Of a stretch of 34,455 nucleotides of DNA, positions 1 to 9,581 are shown piece by piece. Under the pieces are notes generated by a model. The model searched no databases. It saw only the letters and a program-made list of their open reading frames with translations, and was not told where the DNA came from. Numbering within the stretch: the first letter of the stretch is position 1; the number at the start of each line of letters is the position of its first letter. The position numbers were made by a program, and so were the translations under genes. The stretch lies in contig JBHHXN010000042.1 in assembly GCA_046757025.1 (NCBI GenBank), positions 1 through 34,455 of the forward strand, written 5' to 3'. Origin of the DNA: a bacterium (GTDB lineage: Bacteria > Zhuqueibacterota > Zhuqueibacteria > Oceanimicrobiales > Oceanimicrobiaceae).

Positions 1-126
1 TGGACCACAACAAAGCAAGTCATTTAAACATTTGCGGCTCCGCCGCGCTAGGCATACTACTAATTCAATTGTACGATTGCATTGATTTCCTTTGCAGTAA
101 TTTTTATTTGCGTTCAAAGTCTCGAA

Positions 127-1812
127 TCACAATCTTCCGGACCTCAGGATGGCGATCACCAGCCAGACACCCAGAAACCCTGCAAACAGAAAACCGAGAA
201 CGCCGAACAGAGGGTAGCCGAACAAAAAAGGGCCGGTACCCATTTTCAATATCAATGAGGAGCCAACGATGAGGGCCGCGATGATCAGCCCAAAAGTTAT
301 CCGATTCGAGGCTCTATCTATTTCCAGCATCAAATTTTGCAAACCGCGGTCCTGCAGCTCGATGCCAAATTGACCGCGCTTGATTTTTTTCAGCAGCAGC
401 TCCAGCTCGCGGGGGGCAACTTTCAGCAGATCGTAGAGATCGCGCAAGGTCTTGATGCCTTCGTAGGCCATTTTGGTGACATCCAAACGCCGCAGCATGA
501 GTTTACGCACATACGGTTTGGCCAGCGCCATGATATCGAAATCCGGATCTAATTTGCGCGCGATATCTTCGTAGGTGCCCATGGTTTTCATCAGCAGCAG
601 CAGATTTGACGGCGTTCGGAGCTGATGTCGGGTAACCACATCGAAGACATCCGCAATGATGGTTTGCATGTTGATCCGTTTGAGGGGCACACCGTAGTAG
701 CGGTCGATAAAATTGGCGATATCGAGACGCAGAGTGCGCACATCGCACTCTTCATCCAGCGATCCCAAATTAATCAGCACTCGGATGATCAAATCCGCAT
801 CCTTCTGAATGGTGGCGATGAGCAGGTCGGAGATCTGCTCCATCAAAAAATCATCCAGTCGGCCCATCATACCAAAATCGACCGGCACAATGACTTGCTG
901 ATCGCGAATAAAAAGATTGCCTGGATGCGGATCCGCGTGAAAAAAGCCGTCATCGAAAATTTGCTTCAAAATAAATTTACCGCCAATTTGTGAGATGCGC
1001 TTTAAATCGCAGCCGGCTTTTTTCAGCAAGTCAAACTCTGAAATTTTAATGCCATCGATGAATTCGGTGGTAAGAATTTTACCGGTGGTATATTCCCAGT
1101 AAACTTTTGGAATATACACATTTTCAAAATCGGCAAAATTTTTTGCGAACAATTCGATATTTCGGCCTTCGTTGATGAAATCCAGCTCGCGTTTCATAGT
1201 TTGTGCCAGCTCGCGCACCATACCTGGGGGATCGAATTGCTGGCTCTCGGGAATGTATCGATGCATGAGCCGGGCCAGATCCGTCAAAATATCCAAATCC
1301 GTTGCGATGATGCGCGCCACTTCCGGTCGCTGCACCTTCAGCACCACTTCCTGGCCGTCATGCGTGGTGGCTCGATGCGCCTGAGCGATGGAGGCCGAGG
1401 CAATAGCCTCTTTTTGAAAAGACGCGAATTTATTTTCCAGGGTTTCTTGCAGCTCCTGTTCGAGGTAGTGCTGAATTTCTTCAAACGGCAGAGGTTTGAC
1501 GTCATCCTGCAATTTCGTGAGCTCATTGAGCAAATCGGCCGGAATTAAAAAAGAGCGAGTGCTCAACACTTGCCCGAGTTTGATAAAAGTGGGACCCAGC
1601 TCTTCCAGCGCCAATCGGATGCGTTTGGCAGCGGAAAGGCGCGTGCTGGTAACCGCACTCTTTTTGAACAGCTTCTTGCCAAATTGCAGATGGACGCGCA
1701 AATTCATGCGGTCCACCATTTCTGCAAACCCGTACTTGATCAAAATACCCACTATCTGCCGATAGCGTTTGAGATTTCGATAACCCTTGTCGAGTCTTGG
1801 AATATGAACCAT
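127..1812 (-). CDS. AarF/ABC1/UbiB family atypical kinase
   Basis: 561 aa. UbiB motifs LGPTFIKLGQ (KxGQ), ASASIAQAH, VLKVQRP, FFHADPHPGN and DFG. Two hydrophobic C-terminal helices. Confidence 0.92.
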   Translation of the reverse strand: MVHIPRLDKGYRNLKRYRQIVGILIKYGFAEMVDRMNLRVHLQFGKKLFKKSAVTSTRLSAAKRIRLALEELGPTFIKLGQVLSTRSFLIPADLLNELTKLQDDVKPLPFEEIQHYLEQELQETLENKFASFQKEAIASASIAQAHRATTHDGQEVVLKVQRPEVARIIATDLDILTDLARLMHRYIPESQQFDPPGMVRELAQTMKRELDFINEGRNIELFAKNFADFENVYIPKVYWEYTTGKILTTEFIDGIKISEFDLLKKAGCDLKRISQIGGKFILKQIFDDGFFHADPHPGNLFIRDQQVIVPVDFGMMGRLDDFLMEQISDLLIATIQKDADLIIRVLINLGSLDEECDVRTLRLDIANFIDRYYGVPLKRINMQTIIADVFDVVTRHQLRTPSNLLLLMKTMGTYEDIARKLDPDFDIMALAKPYVRKLMLRRLDVTKMAYEGIKTLRDLYDLLKVAPRELELLLKKIKRGQFGIELQDRGLQNLMLEIDRASNRITFGLIIAALIVGSSLILKMGTGPFLFGYPLFGVLGFLFAGFLGVWLVIAILRSGRL

Positions 1813-1836
1813 TTTTCTAATCGAGGCTCTTTTGGC

Positions 1837-2505
1837 TTACTTTTTTATCAGCACATCATGTTTCAATATTTTTTCGAGTTGAACCCGAACCTGCCCGAAA
1901 TGCTCGAATGGGTGATGGGGAATCTGATTTTGCTGGCAATGCCGTAACAAGTCGCGGTTGGTTTTGGCAAAAACGATGTCCGCCTCTTCTGCCCCGCAGC
2001 GATCAGACAAACCGTCTCCCACATAAATGACCGTGTCGTGCTGTTCGCGTGCATTACGAACATGCAAGCCCTTGCAGTTGGCGCAGTGGCCACAACCGGC
2101 TTCGAAATAGGGAAATTCCGGTTCAATTTGATTCTGATCGACAAACTTCAAATGATTTGCATGCACCTCGAAACCGGAATAAAGATGATGATTTTTTAAG
2201 ATTCTTTCAACATAAAAATCCAGACCGTCGCTGACAATTTCGATGGCAATTTTTTGTGTTCGACAAAATTGCACGAAAGATTTAAAATGCGCATCCAGCG
2301 GTTGTGCATCGGTGAAAGCCTCCAGTTCCTGCCGCGTCACCCGGGCGATGCGGCATTCTTCCATTAAACATTCTTTAGATGAGATCTGCCCCGTTTTCCA
2401 CAAATTGATAACGTCTTCCACCCCGTTGTCGGCAAATTTCCGAAACAACAAGTATCCCACATCATTTTTAGCCACGGTGCCGTCAAAATCACATAAAACT
2501 TTCAT
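1837..2505 (-). CDS. HAD-IB family phosphatase, MtnX-like
   Basis: 222 aa. HAD motif I CDFDGTV, motif II IVSDG, Cys cluster CGHCANCK, motif IV YVGDGLSDRC and DIVFAK. Confidence 0.88.
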   Translation of the reverse strand: MKVLCDFDGTVAKNDVGYLLFRKFADNGVEDVINLWKTGQISSKECLMEECRIARVTRQELEAFTDAQPLDAHFKSFVQFCRTQKIAIEIVSDGLDFYVERILKNHHLYSGFEVHANHLKFVDQNQIEPEFPYFEAGCGHCANCKGLHVRNAREQHDTVIYVGDGLSDRCGAEEADIVFAKTNRDLLRHCQQNQIPHHPFEHFGQVRVQLEKILKHDVLIKK

Positions 2506-2536
2506 ATAGGCTCATCTTTTGGATACGATTTGCAAG

Positions 2537-2714
2537 TGGAATGAATAGGCACTTGAATTGAGCGATTTCAACACGGATTTCTACAGCAACGGGAAGAGGT
2601 TACGATTCAGGGTAAATGCTTGAGCCTGACATCTCCCCTTTCCAGAATACCTGAAGCTTGAACACCCAACTGTCACCTGTGTGTATCGCACAATTCAAGA
2701 CGCATAGCATTCCA
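2537..2714. ncRNA. Candidate 6S RNA-like rod-shaped structured RNA
   Basis: Nested complementary blocks: tggaatg/cattcca, cttgaattg/caattcaag, gcgat/atcgc, acacgg/cctgtgt, then an asymmetric central bubble, then gggaagagg/cccctttcc and tcagg/cctga. Length is 178 nt. A minus-strand sigma70-like promoter lies just upstream. Confidence 0.5.
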
Positions 2715-2749
2715 TGGAGTCCATGGTTATTTTCAAAAATTTTCTGTGT

Positions 2750-2778
2750 AAATTACCGCAAATACGCATAACAAGCAA
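2750..2778 (-). promoter_or_regulatory. sigma70-like promoter for the ncRNA candidate / HAD / UbiB genes
   Basis: TTGCTT (2778-2773), 17 nt, TAATTT (2755-2750) on the minus strand, overlapping the U-tract of the ppdK terminator. Confidence 0.5.
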
Positions 2779-2809
2779 AAAAATCGCCCACCATGATAGT
2801 GGGCGATTT
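2777..2809 (-). terminator. Intrinsic terminator downstream of ppdK
   Basis: Perfect 11-bp stem aaatcgcccac/gtgggcgattt with a 7-nt loop, ending in a T7 tract on the minus strand, about 60 nt after the ppdK stop. Confidence 0.85.
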
Positions 2810-2872
2810 CAAAATTACTCATTCTCTGCAAAAGAGGGTTGATGGTCTTTTGCATCTAAAACTAAAAACGGG

Positions 2873-5584
2873 TTACTTGGACTCTTCGACAACTGCCTGT
2901 GCCGCTGCCAGTCTTGCAATGGGCACCCGGAACGGCGAACAACTCACATAGTCCAAACCAGTACGGTGGCAGAATTTCACCGATTCGGGATCGCCGCCGT
3001 GCTCACCGCAGATGCCGATTTTCAAATCCGGCCGCGTCTGCCGTCCTTTATTCACTCCCATTTCAACCAGCAAGCCCACGCCTTCCTGGTCGATGGTTTG
3101 AAAGGGATCCGCCGGCAGAATTTTGTTGTCGTAGTAAATGTACAGAAATTTACCCGCGTCATCCCGGGAATAACCGTAAGTCATTTGTGTCAAATCGTTA
3201 GTGCCGTAAGAAAAGAATTCGGCCGTCTTCGCGATTTTATCTGCCACCAACGTGGCGCGTGGAATTTCGATCATGGTGCCTACCAGATAGTTGAATCGGG
3301 TGCCTTTTTCTGCAAACACTTCCTCTGCCACCCGGTCCACCACCTCCTTCTGGTTTTCAAATTCCGATTCCGTACCGGTCAGCGGTATCATGATTTCGGG
3401 AAACACTTCCACGCCTGCTGCGAAACACTGGGAGGCCGCTTCGATAATGGCCCGCGCTTGCATTTCGGTGATTTCAGGATACGTGACGCCCAGCCGGCAG
3501 CCGCGGTGACCCAGCATGGGGTTGAATTCGTGCAACGACTCCACCTTGTGCTGCACCGCCTCCACTGTGGTGCCCAAACGCTCTGCCATTTCCTGCTGAC
3601 TTTCGCGGTCGCTGGGCAGAAACTCGTGCAGCGGCGGGTCCAGCAAACGGATGGTTACCGGGCGGTGCTGCATCACTTTGAATATCTCGTAAAAATCCTG
3701 GCGCTGCATGGGAAGCAATTTCGCTAAGGCGGCTTTTCGACCTTCCAGATCCTCGGCCATGATCATTTCGCGCATGGCCCAGATGCGATCTCCGAAGAAC
3801 ATATGTTCCGTTCGGCAAAGGCCGATGCCCTCGGCACCAAATCCGATTGCGGCTGCCGAATCCGCAGGGGTGTCGGCGTTAGTTCGGACTTTCAACTTGC
3901 GGATTTCATCAGCCCAGGTCATGATTTCCTTGTAGTACTCGTTATGCTCCGGATCGATGGTGACCAGTGGAAGCTGGCCTTCGTAAATCAGGCCTGTGGT
4001 ACCGTTCAAGGTAATCCAGTCGCCCTCGTGCAATTCCGTCTCGCCGAAATAGGCTTTTTTCTTGACCATATCGATGGATAAATCTCCACAACCGACAATA
4101 CAACATTTGCCCCAGCCCCTGGCCACCAGCGCCGCGTGACTGGTCATACCGCCTTTGGAAGTCAAAATCGCCTGTGCCGGTTTCATTCCGTGTACGTCTT
4201 CTGGGCTGGTTTCCTCTCGCACCAGCACCACTTTTTCGTCTCGCGAACCCAGTTCTTCGGCTTTGTCTGCGGTGAACACAATAGTGCCGCAGGCGCCTCC
4301 CGGACCTGCCGGCAGTCCTTTAGCAATGGGCTTATGTACGGTTTCGGCTTTGGGATCCACCATAGGATGCAGCAGCTCATCCAACTGATCGGGTTTCACC
4401 CGCATGACAGCTTCTTGTTTTGTAATCAAATTTTCTTTCTGCATTTCAACGGCCATACGGGTGGCTGCAATGCCGTTGCGTTTGCCGACTCGCGTCTGCA
4501 GCATCCAGAGTTTGCCGTTTTCTATTGTAAACTCCAAATCCTGCATATCACGATAATGGGTTTCCAGTTTTTTACGATAGCTTTCGAGCTCCTTGTATGT
4601 TTCGGGCAGCATCTCTTCCAGCGAAGGGAACTGCCGATTGTTATCCTGTTTGGAGCGCAGGTTCAGCGCATACGGTGTTCGAATGCCAGCCACCACATCT
4701 TCGCCCTGTGCATTCACCAGCCACTCACCGTAGAAATAGTCTTCACCGGTAGCCGGATCCCGGGTGAAAGCCACACCGGTGGCAGAATGTTCGCCAGTGT
4801 TACCAAACACCATGGCCTGAACATTCACCGCCGTGCCCCATTCATCGGGAATGCCTTCAATCTTTCGATAGGAGATCGCGCGTTTGCCATTCCATGATTG
4901 AAAAACGGCTGAGATACCTCCCCACAATTGTTCATAAGGATCATCTGGAAATTCTTGACCCAGCGTTTCCTTTACCTTCACTTTCATGGCTTCGGTCAAT
5001 TCCTTCAAATCGTCGGCGGTGAGATCGGTGTCGTTTTTATAACCATTTTTTTCTTTCACTTCTTCTAGCAACCTCTCGATCTGCACGCGCACGCCCTGAC
5101 CTTCTTCCGGCTCGATGCCCGCGGCCTTCTCCATCACCACGTCGCTGTACATGGAAATGAGCCGGCGATAGGAATCGTACACAAATCGTTCATTATTGGT
5201 TTTTTTGATCATGCCGGGAATGGTTTTGGAAGTCAAACCAACATTCAAAACCGTTTCCATCATACCGGGCATGGATAAGCGCGCACCGGATCGCACCGAA
5301 AACAGCAAGGGATTGTCCGGATCGGAAAACTGCGCACCGATGATTTTTTCAACGCTTTTGACGCCTTCTTCCACTTGCGCTTGCAATTCTTCCGGAAATT
5401 TTTTGTCATGCTGATAATAATAGGTACACACTTCGGTCGTGACGGTGAAGCCGGGCGGTACCGGGAAACCGAGATTCGACATTTCCGCCAGGTTGGCGCC
5501 TTTCCCTCCGAGCAGATTCTTCATTTCGGTACTGCCTTCAGCTCGTCCATCGCCAAATAAATACACATACTTATGATTCATCAT
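2873..5584 (-). CDS. ppdK: Pyruvate, phosphate dikinase
   Basis: 903 aa. LLGGKGANLAEM, SVRSGARLSMPGMM, phospho-His loop GGMTSHAALVAR, GIGLCRTEHMF, GICGEHGGDP, YVSCSPFRVPIARLAAAQA. RBS GGAGG. Confidence 0.98.
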   Translation of the reverse strand: MMNHKYVYLFGDGRAEGSTEMKNLLGGKGANLAEMSNLGFPVPPGFTVTTEVCTYYYQHDKKFPEELQAQVEEGVKSVEKIIGAQFSDPDNPLLFSVRSGARLSMPGMMETVLNVGLTSKTIPGMIKKTNNERFVYDSYRRLISMYSDVVMEKAAGIEPEEGQGVRVQIERLLEEVKEKNGYKNDTDLTADDLKELTEAMKVKVKETLGQEFPDDPYEQLWGGISAVFQSWNGKRAISYRKIEGIPDEWGTAVNVQAMVFGNTGEHSATGVAFTRDPATGEDYFYGEWLVNAQGEDVVAGIRTPYALNLRSKQDNNRQFPSLEEMLPETYKELESYRKKLETHYRDMQDLEFTIENGKLWMLQTRVGKRNGIAATRMAVEMQKENLITKQEAVMRVKPDQLDELLHPMVDPKAETVHKPIAKGLPAGPGGACGTIVFTADKAEELGSRDEKVVLVREETSPEDVHGMKPAQAILTSKGGMTSHAALVARGWGKCCIVGCGDLSIDMVKKKAYFGETELHEGDWITLNGTTGLIYEGQLPLVTIDPEHNEYYKEIMTWADEIRKLKVRTNADTPADSAAAIGFGAEGIGLCRTEHMFFGDRIWAMREMIMAEDLEGRKAALAKLLPMQRQDFYEIFKVMQHRPVTIRLLDPPLHEFLPSDRESQQEMAERLGTTVEAVQHKVESLHEFNPMLGHRGCRLGVTYPEITEMQARAIIEAASQCFAAGVEVFPEIMIPLTGTESEFENQKEVVDRVAEEVFAEKGTRFNYLVGTMIEIPRATLVADKIAKTAEFFSYGTNDLTQMTYGYSRDDAGKFLYIYYDNKILPADPFQTIDQEGVGLLVEMGVNKGRQTRPDLKIGICGEHGGDPESVKFCHRTGLDYVSCSPFRVPIARLAAAQAVVEESK

Positions 5585-5627
5585 AGTTCCTCCATTTCGA
5601 ACACCTGTCTCATGTTTTGAATTTATA

Positions 5628-7352
5628 CTACTTATTATTTACACCATGTAAAATGGTGTGGTACTCTTCGAGATTTGAAAGCAGCTGCACCGCCTTTTGA
5701 ATGAACTCATCGTCGTCAAAGGTGGCTTCGACTTCAGCTCGAGTTCCCCAGAGTTTCGCTGAAATTTCTTGTTCCAGCTCATCTTTAATGAAATCTTTAC
5801 TTTCTTGAAATTCATGATTCTTTTGATCTAAAATTGCCTGTCGCATATCATCCAATGAAGGTGAGATGGAAGCAAAATATTTTTTTTCTTTGGCGATCTG
5901 TTCAATATTCTTCAAAGATTCTTCCGCTTGGGAAACAAATTCAAATTGTTTTTCCTGCAGAAACTTCTCAAAATCATTTAACATCGCTTCGGTTACCTGG
6001 AAGCCCCGCTGTATCTCAGGATGCTTGGCGGCATAAACCACAGCAAATTGAAAGGGCATGGTTTTGCGCAGCAACTCCAGCTCAAAGGTACTCAGTGGAT
6101 CATCGTCTATGGGAATATCCGGAGTCACGCCATGAGAAGCAAACACTTTACGGCCGTTTTTGGTATAATAGACTTTTTCGGTTTTTTCGGCGCCTTCACC
6201 GTCATTTTCTTCTTTTTTGTCTTCTGAGAAACCGTTGGTCACGAGAACGCTTTCCTCCGGATTGCGGAGAAATTTCGAGGGGTCCTGAATCGAGCGCCCG
6301 CTTGGAACCAGATATTTTGCCGTGGTAATTTTCAAGACCGCTTCCCCGGAAATGGGTGTGATGGTTTGTACCAGACCCTTGCCAAAGGTATTCTTGCCAA
6401 TTATGACTCCCCGGTCCAGGTCTTGCACCGCACCGGCCACGATTTCAGATGCCGAAGCGCTGTAGCTGTCCACCAGAACCACCAGCGGCAGGTCTTCCAG
6501 AATAGGGGATTTTTGCGAATGATATTTTTGTAAAGAGCCCGGCGCCCGGCCCTGGGTTGAAACGATGAGCTGGCCTTTTTTGATGAAATTTTCACTGACG
6601 TTGACCGCCGCGTCCAGCAGGCCGCCGGGGTTGGAACGCAAGTCCAGGATGAGCGATTTCAAACCTTTTTTCTTCAACTCCCGAATGGCCTTTTCGATAT
6701 CGCTGCCGGCATTTTTAGAAAAATGGCTCAGACGAATGAATCCGATGCCGTCCTGAACAAATCCGGAATAAGCGACGTCGGTGACCACGATTTCCGCGCG
6801 GATAAGACGAAAATCGATTGGCGCTTCCTCCCCTTCGCGCTCGACAACCACAAACACTTCGCTGCCAATTTCACCCCGCAAGAGGTTGGCCACCTTGGAA
6901 ATGGACAGCCCTTTTGTTTTCACGCCATCGACTTCGATGATTTTATCGCCCTCGCGAATGCCAGCTTTTAACGCCGGTGTGCCATCGAAAGGCGGCTCCA
7001 CCACGGTGGGGGTGCCGCCGCGCAGGCCAATGCGCATACCCAGTCCGCCGTATTTGCCGGAAGACATGATTTGCAGCTCGGCGTTGTCATCTTTTTCCAC
7101 CAAAACCGTGTACGGATCCAGCGTTGCCAGCATGCCTTCGATGCCGGCGCGCATGAAGCTGGACGGGTCAACTTCTTCCACGTATTTCTTGGCGATTTCC
7201 TGATAAACCCGACCAAACAATTCGATATTTTTTTGCACCTGGTGGTAATAGTCCGGACTGTATGCGGAAACCCAGTTGGATACCCAGCCGCTAAACGTGA
7301 CCAGCACGATGATTATGATGAAAATAGCGGACATTTGTTTTTTGGTGGTCAT
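5628..7352 (-). CDS. S41 family carboxyl-terminal processing protease (PDZ + peptidase domains)
   Basis: 574 aa. N-terminal hydrophobic signal/anchor, LDPYT, PDZ region, DLRSNPGGLL, catalytic SASASEI, TFGKGLVQ. Confidence 0.95.
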   Translation of the reverse strand: MTTKKQMSAIFIIIIVLVTFSGWVSNWVSAYSPDYYHQVQKNIELFGRVYQEIAKKYVEEVDPSSFMRAGIEGMLATLDPYTVLVEKDDNAELQIMSSGKYGGLGMRIGLRGGTPTVVEPPFDGTPALKAGIREGDKIIEVDGVKTKGLSISKVANLLRGEIGSEVFVVVEREGEEAPIDFRLIRAEIVVTDVAYSGFVQDGIGFIRLSHFSKNAGSDIEKAIRELKKKGLKSLILDLRSNPGGLLDAAVNVSENFIKKGQLIVSTQGRAPGSLQKYHSQKSPILEDLPLVVLVDSYSASASEIVAGAVQDLDRGVIIGKNTFGKGLVQTITPISGEAVLKITTAKYLVPSGRSIQDPSKFLRNPEESVLVTNGFSEDKKEENDGEGAEKTEKVYYTKNGRKVFASHGVTPDIPIDDDPLSTFELELLRKTMPFQFAVVYAAKHPEIQRGFQVTEAMLNDFEKFLQEKQFEFVSQAEESLKNIEQIAKEKKYFASISPSLDDMRQAILDQKNHEFQESKDFIKDELEQEISAKLWGTRAEVEATFDDDEFIQKAVQLLSNLEEYHTILHGVNNK

Positions 7353-7380
7353 AACTACCTCCGTATGTATGGAGAATACA

Positions 7381-8007
7381 TCATCGATTTAATTTTGATT
7401 TTGTGTGATCATAAATTTCCTTTTGAATGGCGGCAATGGATTGCGAGCCGTCGATGATCACGTATCGCTGCGGCTCAGCCTGTGCGATTTTCAAATACCC
7501 TTTTCGCACGCGCATTTGAAAATCCACATTTTCTTTGTCGAGACGGTCCATTCTCACATTACTCAGTTTTTTTCGCTCGCTGGTGTTCTGCGGATCCAGG
7601 TCAAATAAAAAAGTTAAATCCGGGTTCACACCCTGTGTTACAAAAATATGCAATTTATTGATAAATTCCAAATCAATTTGTCGACCGTACCCCTGATAAG
7701 CGGTGGTAGAATCAAAATAACGGTCACAAATGACGATACCGCCGTCTTTTAGAAAAGGAAGGATGCGTTCCTGGACCATTTGCGCCCGCGCTGCAGCGTA
7801 AAGCAGCAGCTCGGTTTTCGCGTACATTTCGGCATGATCGGTATCTAACAACACATCGCGAATTTTTTCTGAAATGGTGGTTCCGCCGGGTTCCCTGAGC
7901 AGGAGTACCGAATATTTTTGTTGAACTAACTTTTCCTGCAAAAGACGGGCCTGCACCGACTTGCCTGAAAAGTCAATGCCCTCGAATGTAATTAACATCC
8001 CACCCAT
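7381..8007 (-). CDS. tmk: Thymidylate (dTMP) kinase
   Basis: ITFEGIDFSGKS P-loop, REPGGT, ICDRYFDSTTAYQG, PDLTFLFD. Confidence 0.96.
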   Translation of the reverse strand: MGGMLITFEGIDFSGKSVQARLLQEKLVQQKYSVLLLREPGGTTISEKIRDVLLDTDHAEMYAKTELLLYAAARAQMVQERILPFLKDGGIVICDRYFDSTTAYQGYGRQIDLEFINKLHIFVTQGVNPDLTFLFDLDPQNTSERKKLSNVRMDRLDKENVDFQMRVRKGYLKIAQAEPQRYVIIDGSQSIAAIQKEIYDHTKSKLNR

Positions 8008-8165
8008 TTTGTCACTTCAAGCTTAATATTACACAGATAAAAGTCCATTCCCGATATTCCTTAATGTAAGCGGAACATAATCGAAATCCCTTTGGTTTGA
8101 GCAATCATAGAATTTTCTTCTAAATTCTTAAAAAATTCCGGTTTCTGAAATGCAAAATCGGGATT

Positions 8166-9503
8166 CTAATAATGTTTTGTTTTCCATTTACCACCCTTAA
8201 AACGCCAGAAATTCACGATGGTTCTCAAAATCTCATCACTAAAATGCACCGACCACAATGCCATCAAAGACATGTCGAAGACAAACACCAGCATCCAATT
8301 CAAACCGATTTCCATGAAGACCACGCTGGCGATGGTAATCCACATGAGCCATTTTAAATCGCCGGCGCCGCGCAAATTTCCGATCAACACCCCGTCCAGT
8401 GCTTTGGGAATTTGCACCATGGCAAACAGGATGATGACCTTCGAGCCGATGGCCACCACCTGTGGATCGGCGGTAAAAAGCGTGATGAGTGATTTTGCGA
8501 AAATGGCGATGACCACAAAAACGGCAAACGAAAACACAAACACCACCGCGCTGGCAGTGAGTGCGGTTTTTTCGGCGTCTTTGCGTTTATCGGCGCCTAA
8601 ATATTTACCCACCAAAGTCATGGCCCCTAATCCGAATCCCAGATAAAACATGGATAAAATAGCCTGTATTCTCAAAAATGCCTGATGCGCGGCCAACACC
8701 ACGATTCCGATGCGCGCAGCAAACGCGGTGACCACCAATTGACCAAAAGCCCACACCAGTTGTTCTACGGTGGTGGGTACGCCGGCGTTGAAAAGTCTTT
8801 TAAACGTTCTGTAATTAGGCGTGGTCAATTCCTTAAATGACAGAAACAAAGCCGACTTTCGGCTTCTGAGCAAGTACAACGTGGCAAAAAAACCCAGAGA
8901 GTGAGCTGTACCCATAGCCATGGCCGCGCCGCGCACTTCTAATCGGGGAAAGCCCAGCAATCCAAAAATGAAGATGGGAGCCAGTATCAAGTTCAGCGTG
9001 TTGACGGAAAGATTGATCATCATGGCGTAGCGCGTGTCGCCGGCGCCGCGAATGATGCCCAGCGCTACGAAATTGGTCAGCACCAGAGGCGCAAACATGG
9101 CCACCGTTTTAAGGTAGATGATACCGGCTTCCCGTGCGTCGGACCCGCCCTCTTTGATGAGCTTAAACAAATGCGTGGCGCCAAAATACCAACCCGCAGC
9201 AATCAGCACCGCCATGAAAATGCCAAGCATCAGTGCCTGGCCTAAAATGTGGTTTGCCTGCCAGTAATCTTTGGCGCCCAAATAGCGGTTGATGATCACA
9301 GAGCTGCCCACGATAAACGTCAGCAAAACCGTCAACACCACGATAATAAATTGTACGGCCATCCCAACCCCGGCAAACGCCGCGGCGCTGATTTTGCCGA
9401 TCAGAATCGCCTCCACCGTCCACATGAAGGTTTGAGATGACAGATCAATCACCGCGGGCAAAGAGGTTTTCAGAATGCTTTTTAGAGGAGACTTGTCAGT
9501 CAA
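8166..9503 (-). CDS. MATE family efflux transporter
   Basis: 445 aa, highly hydrophobic with two-fold internal symmetry (RGAGDT / RGAGDL, YLGAKD / YLGADK) and GFPRLEVRGAAMA. TTG start. Confidence 0.93.
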   Translation of the reverse strand: MTDKSPLKSILKTSLPAVIDLSSQTFMWTVEAILIGKISAAAFAGVGMAVQFIIVVLTVLLTFIVGSSVIINRYLGAKDYWQANHILGQALMLGIFMAVLIAAGWYFGATHLFKLIKEGGSDAREAGIIYLKTVAMFAPLVLTNFVALGIIRGAGDTRYAMMINLSVNTLNLILAPIFIFGLLGFPRLEVRGAAMAMGTAHSLGFFATLYLLRSRKSALFLSFKELTTPNYRTFKRLFNAGVPTTVEQLVWAFGQLVVTAFAARIGIVVLAAHQAFLRIQAILSMFYLGFGLGAMTLVGKYLGADKRKDAEKTALTASAVVFVFSFAVFVVIAIFAKSLITLFTADPQVVAIGSKVIILFAMVQIPKALDGVLIGNLRGAGDLKWLMWITIASVVFMEIGLNWMLVFVFDMSLMALWSVHFSDEILRTIVNFWRFKGGKWKTKHY

Positions 9504-9581
9504 ATTGCTTTATTAACCTACTCATTTTATTTCACACATTCCCTTGTTTGTAAGTAGTAATCGTCCTCCTCCACAAATTGA

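Noticed and set aside
31..52. gcggc-tcc-gccgc hairpin resembling a REP or mobile-element end
   Set aside because: Single short copy at the window edge, and its partner end or context is not visible.
2506..2560. SAM-I riboswitch upstream of the MtnX-like gene (gtgcctattc and aaagatgag on the minus strand)
   Set aside because: The 5' ATC.AGAG strand, the kink-turn GAGGGA..GGCCC and the GCAACC elements are missing, and the region pairs better as part of the rod structure.
2600..2710. 36-codon minus-strand ORF (MLCVLNCAIH...) inside the rod element
   Set aside because: Short, with no convincing RBS or recognisable composition. The base-pairing pattern explains the sequence better.
8133..8165. 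Hairpin downstream of the MATE gene as a terminator
   Set aside because: The stem relies on G-U pairs that form only on the plus strand. On the transcribed minus strand they are A-C mismatches.
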